DNA of 64,000 bases, taken from assembly GCA_963782525.1 (NCBI GenBank), contig CAWAKC010000005.1:57385-121384 (forward strand), in the 5' to 3' direction. The stretch comes from Candidatus Bathyarchaeota archaeon. Lineage in GTDB: Archaea; Thermoproteota; Bathyarchaeia; Bathyarchaeales; Bathycorpusculaceae. A program made the position numbers and the translations under genes. Under the pieces are notes generated by a model. The model saw only the letters and a program-made list of their open reading frames with translations. It was not told the DNA's origin and ran no database searches. Positions 19,177-29,387 of the stretch are shown here, piece after piece. The first letter of the stretch is position 1. Every line of letters starts with the position of its first letter.

Positions 19177-20601
19177 GTGGAATGCGCTTTCAAGACTGTT
19201 TCAGTTGCAAAATTCGGCGGTAGCCTCCTTGACGTGGAAGGCAAGGGAATCCCCAATATCGTTAAGCGAATCAAAGAAACCCAGGAGAAAGATGGCTGCG
19301 GACCAGTCGCCGTTTTCTCCGCACCCATGGGCGTCACTGATGCGCTCATAAAGATAGGGGAATCCTACGCGCAAGAATGCCGGTTGTCTCTTGAGCCAGT
19401 TTTTGAAGTTTACGAGCATATAGCAAAACACTATGTTAAAGGCAAATGGCTAAAACAAGCCCAAACCGAAATAGCCAACTACAAAAAAATAACCCAAACA
19501 ACCCTCAACTCCGTGAACAAACGTTTCAGCGGGCACATCAAAGCCAAAACCCTCACCTTAGGCGGCGAACTCGCTATGTCCACGCTCATGGATTACATCC
19601 TAAAAAGCAATGATGTAGACTCCTGCACGCTATCCATGAATGAGTGGCCAATCGTCACCGACGACAACTTCGAAGACGCCTTACCCAACTACGAACAAAG
19701 CAAAAAACGACTTCACACCCTAATCGAACCCCTTGAAGAAGGCAAAGTCGTTTCTATGGCGGGCTTCTTGGGTGTCACGGCCGACGGACTCGAGACCATT
19801 CTCGGCAGAGGCGGCTCAGACTTAACAGCCGTTTTAGCCTCCTGCCTCCTAAAAGATGTTTACTCCACACAAACGCTGCTCTACAAGGACGTTCCAGTGC
19901 AAAGTGCAGATCCCAAAGTTGTGAAGGGACAGAAAACCGAACATGTAAACGCCTTAACCTACAACGAAGCACACAAAGCTTCAATGATGGGCATGAAAAT
20001 CGTTCAGAGTCCTGCAATAGCGACGGCAAGACGTTTTGGTCAACCGCTAATGGTGGTGCCCATCGATGAGCCCAAAATGTTCTCCGTTATTGAAGCAGAA
20101 GTAAGCGGCGGCGAAGTCGTTAAATGCTTAACGGGCAAAAAAGGCTGCGCTATACTGTCCATGAATGACGAAAAAAGTCGTTCACTCGAAGATTCTCTGC
20201 GTATATGGGAACGCAGAAACGACTTCATAGATCTTGGAGCAGAAACCATGGAGACAGGCGAGCGGATTCGCGATTTTCTATTCTTGGACGCAGATTTCCT
20301 AAAGAAGAATGAGGAAAAACTCAAAGGCTTCGACGAAGACCTAAAAATTGATTATGGTTTAGGTGTGGTGACGCTCATCGGTGACCGAATGAAGGATTCC
20401 CCAGGGGTCGCATCGCTCGCAATTGGTGCCATCTCGGGCATAAACATTAAACGCGGCATATTTGCACCCCACACTTCACAAATCATCCTCGTCGTCGAGG
20501 AAAAAAACATAAACGCAACTGTCGCAGCCATCCACCAGAAAAAACAAGACCTAAACAAAACCCCGCCAGATTGGCCCATGGGATTCCAACCAACAGCTTA
20601 A
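19177..20601 (+). CDS. Aspartate kinase (amino-acid kinase + ACT domain)
   Basis: VAKFGGS, VFSAPMGVTD, LGRGGSDLTA, SADPKVV, C-terminal VTLIGDRMKDSPGVA. Confidence 0.88.
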   Translation: MECAFKTVSVAKFGGSLLDVEGKGIPNIVKRIKETQEKDGCGPVAVFSAPMGVTDALIKIGESYAQECRLSLEPVFEVYEHIAKHYVKGKWLKQAQTEIANYKKITQTTLNSVNKRFSGHIKAKTLTLGGELAMSTLMDYILKSNDVDSCTLSMNEWPIVTDDNFEDALPNYEQSKKRLHTLIEPLEEGKVVSMAGFLGVTADGLETILGRGGSDLTAVLASCLLKDVYSTQTLLYKDVPVQSADPKVVKGQKTEHVNALTYNEAHKASMMGMKIVQSPAIATARRFGQPLMVVPIDEPKMFSVIEAEVSGGEVVKCLTGKKGCAILSMNDEKSRSLEDSLRIWERRNDFIDLGAETMETGERIRDFLFLDADFLKKNEEKLKGFDEDLKIDYGLGVVTLIGDRMKDSPGVASLAIGAISGINIKRGIFAPHTSQIILVVEEKNINATVAAIHQKKQDLNKTPPDWPMGFQPTA

Positions 20602-20838
20602 ACACTATTTTTCGGCATGCCCAAGCAGCCAAAGAATACTCCGTTGGGAACCGTTTTTTAGCTCTCAAAAGATACAATAACCCTAGATCAAAGATAATTG
20701 ATGCACGTTGAAAATATTATTTTTAACCGCAAAACTGCGGCAGCGGTTATTTGCTAATTTTAACCAAGCGGTGGAACAAAACATATAACCTTTGAATTAA
20801 TAGTAAAAAATACTCGAATTTGTTTAGCGTGAACCATT

Positions 20839-21981
20839 TTGTCTTCAGTTTCCAAGTATCTCTCGGTAAGACGGTCTATTCTATTCATGATTGCTGGCTT
20901 AGTAGTCTTCATCATATACTTGTACTTCTACATCGGCATACCCCAAATTCTAGAGGTCATAAGCGGCATAAACTCCACTCAATACGCATTCTACTACACG
21001 CTTGCACTTTTGGCAGTGATAGCTTCAGTGTTTTGTTGGGCGTGCGCCTGGAACATCATCCTTCGATCGTTAAACGTTAAAATCTCTTACCGAAGAGCCT
21101 ACCTCTATTATTGGGTCGGATACTTTAGCGATTTAGTCTTACCCTGCCTAACAATATGCGGCGAAATAACCAGACTCTATCTTGTGCAGAAAGAAACTGG
21201 AGAAAGCTACGGCGTCCTTGCGGCTTCAGCCATAACTAACCGATTAGTCGCCTACACCATAGTTGTTGTCGGATTATACAGTGGAGCCATCTTAGTCTTC
21301 CTAAAACCTGGCATTTCACCCGTCATATCGAACATTTTTATTCTTTTCCTAATAGGAGTAACAGTTTATCTGGCAGTCCTAATTTACTTAGCTTTTGTTA
21401 AACAAGCTGCAAAAAATATTGAAAGAATTTACGTAAAAATCTTAAACGTAATAAGACCCAAATATGTTCACCCTTGGAAGGACGCCCAAAGAGAACAATC
21501 ACTCGCTAGCTATTACACGGGTTTTAAAAAATTCCGCGAAAATCCGCGGCTTCTAATAACACCACTCATTATCCATACAATCTCGTATTTGCTTGGATTG
21601 TCCGTCTACATTCTGGTTTTTTATGCGCTGGGCATTCCTTCAACCCTCGAATTTTACATTGTGGTCTACTTCATTGCAACAGCTGTTCAAGATGCTGCGG
21701 CAAGCTTCTCTGTGGGTTCGCTGGATATTATTTTGGCAAGTATCTTCATTCTTTATGGGTTAAATCCTGGTATCAGCGGAATAACAGCCCTTTTAGTTCG
21801 TAGTGTAGGGTTCTGGTTCCCCTTGTTTGTGGGCTTTTTGGCAGTTCAATACTTGGGAACTAAAAACCTTGTGTCTCAAACCCCCTCTTTGCAAAGGATA
21901 GTGCGGAAAAAAGATAATGATTCTCAGTCGGAGGAATCAATGAATTCCGTCAAAACCAATTTTGATAAACACTTTCAGTGA
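20839..21981 (+). CDS. Lysylphosphatidylglycerol-synthase TM / UPF0104 flippase-like membrane protein
   Basis: About 8 TM helices; LP..TICGEITR; LLVR..GFWFP. Confidence 0.8.
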   Translation: MSSVSKYLSVRRSILFMIAGLVVFIIYLYFYIGIPQILEVISGINSTQYAFYYTLALLAVIASVFCWACAWNIILRSLNVKISYRRAYLYYWVGYFSDLVLPCLTICGEITRLYLVQKETGESYGVLAASAITNRLVAYTIVVVGLYSGAILVFLKPGISPVISNIFILFLIGVTVYLAVLIYLAFVKQAAKNIERIYVKILNVIRPKYVHPWKDAQREQSLASYYTGFKKFRENPRLLITPLIIHTISYLLGLSVYILVFYALGIPSTLEFYIVVYFIATAVQDAAASFSVGSLDIILASIFILYGLNPGISGITALLVRSVGFWFPLFVGFLAVQYLGTKNLVSQTPSLQRIVRKKDNDSQSEESMNSVKTNFDKHFQ

Positions 21982-22061
21982 CCTCTCCACGGTTCAGCTG
22001 TGTCGCCTCTGCACCCGCCTTTTAAGCATTATCCACAATATCGGTGGCATCGTGGAAAACC

Positions 22062-22316
22062 ATGACTCAAACTGAAACAGCAACCGAAAAAGACCTCCTC
22101 ATATCCCTAACACTGCACAACTTCTCCGCTGAAATGCTAAAAGAATTCGCCCAAACAATCGTTAAACCCTACTTTGGCGGCAACCTAAACCAAGCCATAA
22201 GAAGCCTGATGGAAAAAGCCATAGCTGAAGAAGCAATGGTCACCCAATCTCTAAAGCGAAAGAGCAAGTTGGAGTCAGGAAGATTCTCAGGTGGGTTTGA
22301 AGTAGCTTCACCATAG
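22062..22316 (+). CDS. Small ribbon-helix-helix-like protein
   Basis: ISLTL-helix-GGNLNQAIRSLMEKAI pattern; TTTAAG box upstream. Confidence 0.5.
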   Translation: MTQTETATEKDLLISLTLHNFSAEMLKEFAQTIVKPYFGGNLNQAIRSLMEKAIAEEAMVTQSLKRKSKLESGRFSGGFEVASP

Positions 22317-22816
22317 TCATTGGAAACCCGATTTCTATCTTTTCGATATCTCAAGAGAACAATCAAAATAACTCCTACAATGACAATAAGCAAGATTGCC
22401 AGCCAGTAGGTAAGAGGTATTCCAGTGGAATTGTCGTTTGAGGTAATGTCTGGATTTGTAGTGTAGGAGAAAGTTACTTGAACGGGGTTGGCGTATGGTA
22501 GGTCATTCTCAAAGTTCATCGTGTAGTTCCCGTCTTCTTGCGCTACAAAACTGAACACCTCGGATTGGTCGACTAACCCCAGGTTAAGGATTTGGTAACC
22601 GCTTGGAGCATTTACCCAGAATCTCAAAGAGCTAGAGACAGAGATTGAGCCGTTAAACGTGGTACCAGCCGGCAGCAGAAACTGTATTTGAGAGGACTGA
22701 GAAACGGTTAAGGTTGAAACGGTAGTAGCGGACGCCGAAAAAACCGTAAAAGACAGCAACAAAAGCAGCACCAATACGGCATACAACGAGAGTTTATTTT
22801 TTTGCATTTTATCCAC
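22169..22816 (-). CDS. Single-pass membrane protein with extracellular beta-sandwich (GOLD-like)
   Basis: Signal peptide, FSFVAQEDGNYTMNFEN, TM helix followed by RYRK. Confidence 0.7.
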   Translation of the reverse strand: MDKMQKNKLSLYAVLVLLLLLSFTVFSASATTVSTLTVSQSSQIQFLLPAGTTFNGSISVSSSLRFWVNAPSGYQILNLGLVDQSEVFSFVAQEDGNYTMNFENDLPYANPVQVTFSYTTNPDITSNDNSTGIPLTYWLAILLIVIVGVILIVLLRYRKDRNRVSNDYGEATSNPPENLPDSNLLFRFRDWVTIASSAMAFSIRLLMAWFRLPPK

Positions 22817-23002
22817 TTCGAATACGTTATGAGAAATGCTGATTCGCCCTATTAATAATCATGCAAAAAAAGAAAAATTGCTTTGATAAAAAACGAATTT
22901 AGCTGGCATCTTATGTATTCATTTTTGAAGTGTCAAGGATGAGTGAATCCAAAAAATATGAGACTACCACCGCAATAAAACAACCGAATGAACCAAATGG
23001 AA

Positions 23003-23019
23003 GTGGACCGGGCGGGATT
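23003..23019 (-). repeat. att-like copy of tRNA-Ala 3' end
   Basis: GTGGACCGGGCGGGATT identical to 42962..42978, same orientation. Confidence 0.8.
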
Positions 23020-23122
23020 ATTATTTTCAAGCGTTAATGTGCTAAACAGACATAGTCCAGCAGAACAGATAGTTGGGCGGGTCTGGCTGCCAAAATCAGG
23101 TAAGACATAACAACCCCCTTCT

Positions 23123-23157
23123 CGTCTTATCAGATGTTGGCGTAAGGCTAAATCCAC
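23123..23157. repeat. Dispersed repeat, copy A (partner at 38172..38206)
   Basis: 30/35 identical, plus a 12/15 block about 45 nt upstream in both copies. Confidence 0.7.
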
Positions 23158-23234
23158 CCAATCATCAATTTCCTCCCCTTAAAAAAAACTCACGTGTTTA
23201 TTCTGTTGCAGAATTATTTTCTATGGTTTGAAAA

Positions 23235-23420
23235 TCAGAAAATGTTTTCGTTCTTTATCTCTTTAATCGTTAAACCGTGTTTTTTTGCATATTCTTCGAT
23301 TCCTACTCTGTTATAATAAGACTTTATTTGAACCTGGTAATCGTTAGGCTTCCTTTCGCTAATGGACACGTAAGACGGCTCAACTAAATTATTAGCAATT
23401 AAGTCTTTCAAAATAGCCAT
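23235..23420 (-). CDS. Small hypothetical protein (possibly truncated)
   Basis: 61 aa ORF with protein-like composition. Confidence 0.4.
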   Translation of the reverse strand: MAILKDLIANNLVEPSYVSISERKPNDYQVQIKSYYNRVGIEEYAKKHGLTIKEIKNENIF

Positions 23421-23893
23421 GGCTTCGAGTCAATTTAATTGTGTTCAAAAAATAAAAGAAAAAGCCAAAGATGTGACCTCAATGTCGCATGTATCAGTGG
23501 AAACAAGAAAAAATAGCCGCGCAAGAGCAGCTGCGTTGTATTCTTCTTCCCCAAAAATCCCTAACCCCATAAAAACAAAGACGCAAAAAAATGAAATGTC
23601 TGAAGTTAATCGCATAATACAAAATACACCAAACAAGAACGAAAAATATTAGCGTTGGAAAAAATCTTAATTCTAAGTATTTTTGTTTCTTAACTTTTCT
23701 TGATTCCGCTTCTATACCCTTGCAAGAAAATAGCTACGCTAATAAAATTAGAATAACTACAACATACGTGATCCAATAGCAAGGTCGGAGCCCAGTGAGT
23801 TGAAAACGGTTTCCTCAAATTTGACTTCTAGCTATAATTTTGAACCGTTCAAAAGATTCTTATTCTTCGCGAACTAAAAGGATATGATGTTTT

Positions 23894-24895
23894 TTGAAGA
23901 GAATAAATGTCACTGTAACTACAGACCAGTCTGAAGATGTTCGTGAAATCTTTGAAAAACTTAAGCTTCCCGTTGTTGCTTCAGCGGGAACCCAAGATGA
24001 CATAACTGTTAGCAATTTTTCAGCGCTTATTCCTGATGAACTTGTAGATAATTCTATCGAAGAATTAACGAAAAAAATAGACCTGCGAATAAAAGAAAAT
24101 GTAATCAGCGTTTACGACGTAGAATCCTTTGTCTCCACTGCACTTGACAAAATTAACGAAAAAGCCGCTAAGGAGAAATCCAAAAAGAACCCATTGGAAA
24201 GACTGATTAGCCAGACAGACAAGCACGTGCGGCTAAACAAAGATACGTTAGCTATGGCTTTGTTTGCGACTCTTGTTGCTTTCGCCGGTCTTGTTTTAGA
24301 TAATGTTGCTATTGTAATTGGAGCTATGCTCCTTTCGCCTCTTCTAGGTCCATTAAACGCCTTTGCGGTCAATACGAATTTGGGAAGACTGCGAAAAGTC
24401 GCAGTTAGTCAGTTGTCGATTCTAGGTCTTTTAGGTGCCATAATTACTTTGTCGGCGGTCACAACCTTTTTGGTTTCACAATTTGTTAGTGTGCCTTTGA
24501 CTTCGGGTCAAATAATTTTGCGTATGCATGCTTCTTTTCCCGACATTGGGATAGCATTGGTTATCGGGCTTGCAGGTGGATTGGCTTTGTTTGTTGCTCT
24601 TCCTGAATTGCTGGTTGGTGTTGCTATTGCCGTCGCTCTTGTTCCACCTGCTACTGTAGCTGGGATAGGGTTAGCTTTGGAAGATTTTGGTCTTTTCGCA
24701 GGAGCTCTGACGCTGACGTTTGTATACTTGATTGGATTGGAGCTGGGTTCTAGTGTTATGCTTAGAATTAGAGGGGTTACGCCTAGACATTATTATAAGA
24801 AAGGCGAAGTTAGAACGAAATTCATGTATTCTGTCGCAATTCTTGCTGTATTATTCGGCATTTTGGCTGCTATAGTTTTTTTCCTGAACATTTAA
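23894..24895 (+). CDS. DUF389 / TIGR00341-family membrane protein
   Basis: VIGAMLLSPLLGP, LVGVAIAVALVPPA. Confidence 0.9.
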   Translation: MKRINVTVTTDQSEDVREIFEKLKLPVVASAGTQDDITVSNFSALIPDELVDNSIEELTKKIDLRIKENVISVYDVESFVSTALDKINEKAAKEKSKKNPLERLISQTDKHVRLNKDTLAMALFATLVAFAGLVLDNVAIVIGAMLLSPLLGPLNAFAVNTNLGRLRKVAVSQLSILGLLGAIITLSAVTTFLVSQFVSVPLTSGQIILRMHASFPDIGIALVIGLAGGLALFVALPELLVGVAIAVALVPPATVAGIGLALEDFGLFAGALTLTFVYLIGLELGSSVMLRIRGVTPRHYYKKGEVRTKFMYSVAILAVLFGILAAIVFFLNI

Positions 24896-25013
24896 CCAGA
24901 GGCTTTTGCGTAAACTACATACCGCTCTGTTTCTTCTTAGCAAACGAAAAATAATGTAGAGAAAGAGTTTGAATTCCTCTAAAGACCATTGCAGCGAGTA
25001 TAGCTAACCTATT

Positions 25014-25961
25014 CTATTCATTTTGGGCTTCTTGATCGCTTGTTGGTTTTTCTATCTTTATCTCTGGCTCTGTTGAGTGACTTCGATGCGCTGTATTTGA
25101 TTCTATTCTTACTTTGATATCTATAACGCTTTCAAATTCTTTCTTTATTTTTTCTTCTACTGCGGTGGCTATTTTATCGGCTTCTTTAACAAGCATGTCA
25201 TCGTCTACAACTATGTGCATATCACCTGTCATGTATGGTCCAAGCCTTCTAATGCGGATGGTGTGAACTTCTCTAACTCCCTTAATGTTTTTGGCTATAT
25301 CTGAAATGGCGTTTACAACATCGCCGCATTTGCATGCGTCAACAAGAACAAGAGAGGCTCCCTTAAAAATTAAGTAAGCACCGACGAAAATCGCCACCGC
25401 AATTAAGATTCCGGTGATTGAATCTGCATGAAGAATTCCAAAGTAGGCGCTCAGGGTTACGCTGATTGCAACCCCAACTGAGGAAAGCACATCGATGGTT
25501 CCAGTAAGTCCTCCTGCTCCTAAGGCGCTTGAATTGTATTCTTTTGATGCTTTTTCAACCCGCCAAGAAACAATACCGGTTATTACGGCGGCGGCTAAAG
25601 CGACTATGATAGCAGCTTCTGGGTGAACAATTGCTCTTTGTGCTAACCATGCATCGTAGGCTTCAAATAAAATTAATCCCCCAAACGCCGCTAAAGTAAA
25701 GGCTGCAATTAGGCTTCCTAGCGCTTCTATTCGGTAGTAGCCAAAATGGAATGTGCCGTCAGGTGATCTTCTTGAAAGGTGCAGACCAATCCAAACGACG
25801 AGAAAAATTACCGCCGTTGAAATGGAGTGAATTCCATCAGCTAATAGCGAAACAGTCATTGCGAGAGAACCAGCAACGATTTCTGTTAAGCCGACTACTA
25901 GCATGATCAAAAAAGCCTTTTGCGCGATTGCGCTGGCTTGTTTCAAGTCGGTCGAAGACAA
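25014..25961 (-). CDS. Cation diffusion facilitator (CDF) metal transporter
   Basis: SLLADGIHS, FHFGYYRIEAL, C-terminal dimerisation domain IRIRRLG..DMHIVV. Confidence 0.9.
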   Translation of the reverse strand: MSSTDLKQASAIAQKAFLIMLVVGLTEIVAGSLAMTVSLLADGIHSISTAVIFLVVWIGLHLSRRSPDGTFHFGYYRIEALGSLIAAFTLAAFGGLILFEAYDAWLAQRAIVHPEAAIIVALAAAVITGIVSWRVEKASKEYNSSALGAGGLTGTIDVLSSVGVAISVTLSAYFGILHADSITGILIAVAIFVGAYLIFKGASLVLVDACKCGDVVNAISDIAKNIKGVREVHTIRIRRLGPYMTGDMHIVVDDDMLVKEADKIATAVEEKIKKEFESVIDIKVRIESNTAHRSHSTEPEIKIEKPTSDQEAQNE

Positions 25962-26367
25962 GAATTCACCTTAGCAAGTTGATCCCTAGAAAAGTTCGTG
26001 TATTTTAAGGTGTTCTGTAACTCTTTATCACATATTAAAAATATCACTGAAACCAATGAAGTTCGAAATGCCTTAAAATACCAAGTAATTAATTGGACTT
26101 AGCCCAACAGCGATTATTTTAAAAAGCTTTTACTTCTCAATAACCCTCTAACTTGAAATGAAAACTTCTTTAATCGTCTCCAGCTCTCCGTTTGCCAAGC
26201 TCACCAAACCCTTAGAACATATTTGCTTCAGTGAAGAACTTAAAACTGCTCTATCGTCGTAACCTATGATTACTAACGCTTAAAAAAACCGTCTGGAGGT
26301 TACTAATGCCAAGAAAAGGCATAAGAAGATTGAACGATAGCCTAAACCAGCGTTCCTTTTACTACGC

Positions 26368-26664
26368 CTAGGTTGGTCTTAAGTAGAGGGATAGTTGGTC
26401 TTTTGTTACCTTAAGGTTTACTCCGTTTTCGGTGCAGCATAAAGTGCCTTTTTCTAATGCGGAAATTGCTACTGTGTTTCTGGGAAGGTCAAACAACGCG
26501 GGTTTTACGCCATGGATTTGTTCGCTAGCTTCCTTGGTTAATTCGATTTCTAGGTGAGTTATTTTCCATTCTTCGGGACCTATAACGATGTCTTTTACTT
26601 TGCCTACGACAAAACCGTTTGCGCCAGTCACAAGTAGGTTAACTAATTGATTAAATTTCATCAA
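26368..26664 (-). CDS. PRC-barrel domain protein
   Basis: VTGANGFVVGKVKDIVI..EEWKITHLEI. Confidence 0.75.
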   Translation of the reverse strand: MMKFNQLVNLLVTGANGFVVGKVKDIVIGPEEWKITHLEIELTKEASEQIHGVKPALFDLPRNTVAISALEKGTLCCTENGVNLKVTKDQLSLYLRPT

Positions 26665-26990
26665 AATCTACTCCAACAAAGTAACTATTGTATTTTTATA
26701 AAGCATATCGGTTGGCGCCCGCGAACTCCGTCTTGAAAAATTCCAATCCTATTAGGAAAGAATTGTTCGGCATCGCTAATTTTTTTAAAATCGTGCAAAA
26801 GCACATTTAACACAGCTCAACATGAACTTCCTCTTCCTCTTTATTTGCAATCAATTATAGATCCTAAAGCAGGGCTAAAAATAATATTAAAAAGTTGTCT
26901 TAAAGAGTGCATCACTTGCGGGACACGTGAAGGTGCAGCGCTCGATGAAAATGCATAAATTCGTATTCTCTTTTGATATTTTAGGAGTGA

Positions 26991-27392
26991 TTGTTTTTGA
27001 AGAAAATTGGAGAATTATTTCAAGAAGCCGATTGGAAGATGGAGAAGCATGTGCCTGTTATTGAATGTGCGGACTCGGTGAAGGCTGATGAGCTTTTCGA
27101 AGTTAAAGTTACCGTTGGCAGAGAAGTTGCTCACCCGAATACTACAGCGCATCATATCAGTTGGATAACGCTATTCTTCCTGCCTGAAGGCGAAAAGTTC
27201 CCATATCAGGTTGCACGCTATGAGTTCGGAGCCCATGGCGCTTCAGCACAGGGACCAAACACAAGTACGGTGTATACACATCATGCAGCGACTGGTTGGA
27301 TCAAAACAGGCAAGGCAGGAACGTTCATATCGGTTTCACTCTGTAACATCCATGGGTTATGGCAGTCTTCTAAAGAAGTTAAGCTCGAATAG
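26991..27392 (+). CDS. sor: Superoxide reductase (neelaredoxin, 1Fe-SOR)
   Basis: EKHVP, HPNTTAHHISW, CNIHGLW iron ligands. Confidence 0.92.
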   Translation: MFLKKIGELFQEADWKMEKHVPVIECADSVKADELFEVKVTVGREVAHPNTTAHHISWITLFFLPEGEKFPYQVARYEFGAHGASAQGPNTSTVYTHHAATGWIKTGKAGTFISVSLCNIHGLWQSSKEVKLE

Positions 27393-27749
27393 ACTCGATC
27401 TTGGCGCAGCACTTAATCGCACTTTCTTTTTTTGTTTGATTAGGTTAGAGCATACTTAGCTATCTGCCTTAGCACCTTAGATATTACAAAATGTTTCTAC
27501 ATTTCTTTTCTACACTCTATTAACGTTGACTTCTTAAGAACCGCTAGTGCGGATATTTTTTTAGTTTCGGAAAAAGCGGGGGACAGTTGTTTATTTTACT
27601 GTGACTTTTAGTTTTTGTTTTGGTGTTTTCTTGTTTTCGCTCATAAAATTCGCTATGTTACGGCAGCTGCCGGAATTATTTAATTATTTATAGTTGTCAG
27701 CATGTAGCCACATTGTCCGCGGGCTAAACTATGGTGATTTTGTGCTGAA

Positions 27750-28312
27750 CAATTTTGTTGAATGGCAAAAGCCAATGCTAGCCGAGCCGCAGGACATGCC
27801 TATGTATGCGCCTAAAGTGCGCGTTTGGGATTTCGCAACCGCAGCTGAAGGGGAAACTGCCAACCTGACTACACGAACTGTTTGCTCGCTACGCTAGTTA
27901 GTGGTCAGATGTTTATTTTGGATGTAGGCGTTTTCAGGGTTCGCCAAAGCAGATCGAGGATAGCGTTAAGATGTGTGATAAGCTGAACGGTAGAGCGGAT
28001 TCTGTCCACATTGAGCAAGACAAAGGTTCAGCGGGCAAAAACCTGGTGGATCAGTATAGCCGCAATGTTCTGTTAGGTAGTGTTGTTGTCGCGGAGTCTC
28101 CCACTGGCAACAAGGAGGTTAGAGATGCGCCATTGGCTAACGCTCTGCGGAACGAGGCAACGTCAATTCGTCAGGGGCGTTTGGTACACGGCTTTTCTGG
28201 AAGCGGTGGAGGCTTTCCCGTTGGTACTCATAAAGATTAGATGGACTGTGCGGCTTATGCCTACAATGTTTTGCACAGAGGGGCTAGACCGCCAAGAGTG
28301 AGGCACGCATGA
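27750..28312 (+). pseudogene. Phage terminase large subunit, C-terminal nuclease domain remnant
   Basis: Across frameshifts: VRVWDFA..PDYT..MFILDV..RFQGSP..IEQDKGSAGKNLVD..SPTGNKEVR..PLA..GVW..FLEAVEAFP..THKD*MDCAAYAYNVL; 5' boundary approximate. Confidence 0.8.
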
Positions 28313-28527
28313 ATCGACCCAAAATCTGGAAGATCCAGAAGGATCCGTTGAAGCATCCTTGGGATAAGCTGCGCTAGAAGCCCGGGATCACGATTAAGGC
28401 AACGGCAAGGAACAGCTGAATTGAAGCGGAGGTTTCTACCGCAAACTAATCTAAGACTGAGAAGTTGAAAATAAATAAGTCACCGATAACCGCGCGGGTT
28501 GTTTTGAGCAACATTTTTCTTCGTTGT

Positions 28528-28941
28528 CTACTCCGGCTTTGGTGGCGGCGTGTCTGGCTGTAACAGCCCAAAGGCGTTGCCTTCAGGATCTGCAACAATT
28601 GCAAACCATCCAACTGTGGGTATAACGTTTTTTGGCACCAGGATTTTTCCGCCTTCTTTGATTACCATGGCCGTGTATTTGTCGATATTTTCTATGCTTA
28701 TGTAGTTGACTTGTGGTGCGCTTTGCATTCCGGGTGTGCGCGGATATAGCCCGCCGTTTACTCCTGGACGCTGAGTCGTTCCCTTCTCGTCAACGGGAAC
28801 CGTAGTTATATTGTAGTATTCTACATTTGGCATAGGGGCTTTCGTGATTTTCCATCCTAGTACATTTTCATAGAATTTTTGGAGTTTCTTAAAATTGTTT
28901 GCAGGAATTTCAAAATGAACAACTGTGTGATCCAATTTCAT
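28528..28941 (-). CDS. VOC / glyoxalase-family protein
   Basis: VVHFEIPA..FYENVLGW, GVNGG, ADPEGNAFGL. Confidence 0.92.
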   Translation of the reverse strand: MKLDHTVVHFEIPANNFKKLQKFYENVLGWKITKAPMPNVEYYNITTVPVDEKGTTQRPGVNGGLYPRTPGMQSAPQVNYISIENIDKYTAMVIKEGGKILVPKNVIPTVGWFAIVADPEGNAFGLLQPDTPPPKPE

Positions 28942-29160
28942 ACAACTCTTTTGTTTAGGATTTCAAACTCAGCTGTTAAGTTAAGTATATGTGTTTGTTC
29001 TATGCCTACCACATGCGGTTAAGCCCTTAAACATATAGAACCAAGAAAAGAAAATATGAAACAAGCAAAAGAGTCTTGCAGATAATAGTTCGGATGCTAA
29101 ATGCCCTTAGGAATTAGCTATGAGTTTTAACATAGTCTGAAACGGGTTCAGACCACATTA

Positions 29161-29183
29161 TGGACTGGGCGGGATTTGAACCC
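29161..29183 (-). repeat. Second att-like copy of tRNA-Ala 3' end
   Basis: TGGACTGGGCGGGATTTGAACCC, 22/23 identical to 42963..42985. Confidence 0.8.
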
Positions 29184-29387
29184 AATTGGGTTCAAACCAC
29201 AATAACAAGTGGAGCAGAAAATTACTAAAATGATCAATCGGGAACACTGTAAATTGATATTGGTGCCAAACTAAGCCGTACCGGACTTAACCCCTACACA
29301 GACTGTGTAAAAACCTGGAGTCAAAACCAAAGAGCGCTTGGCATTCATACCTGTTCTAAGGCATAGTCAATAGTTGCCTTGGCTTTT

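Noticed and set aside
27694-28301. Three separate small ORFs, or TAG recoding at 28238
   Set aside because: They are frameshifted pieces of one terminase pseudogene; multiple indels indicate decay, not recoding
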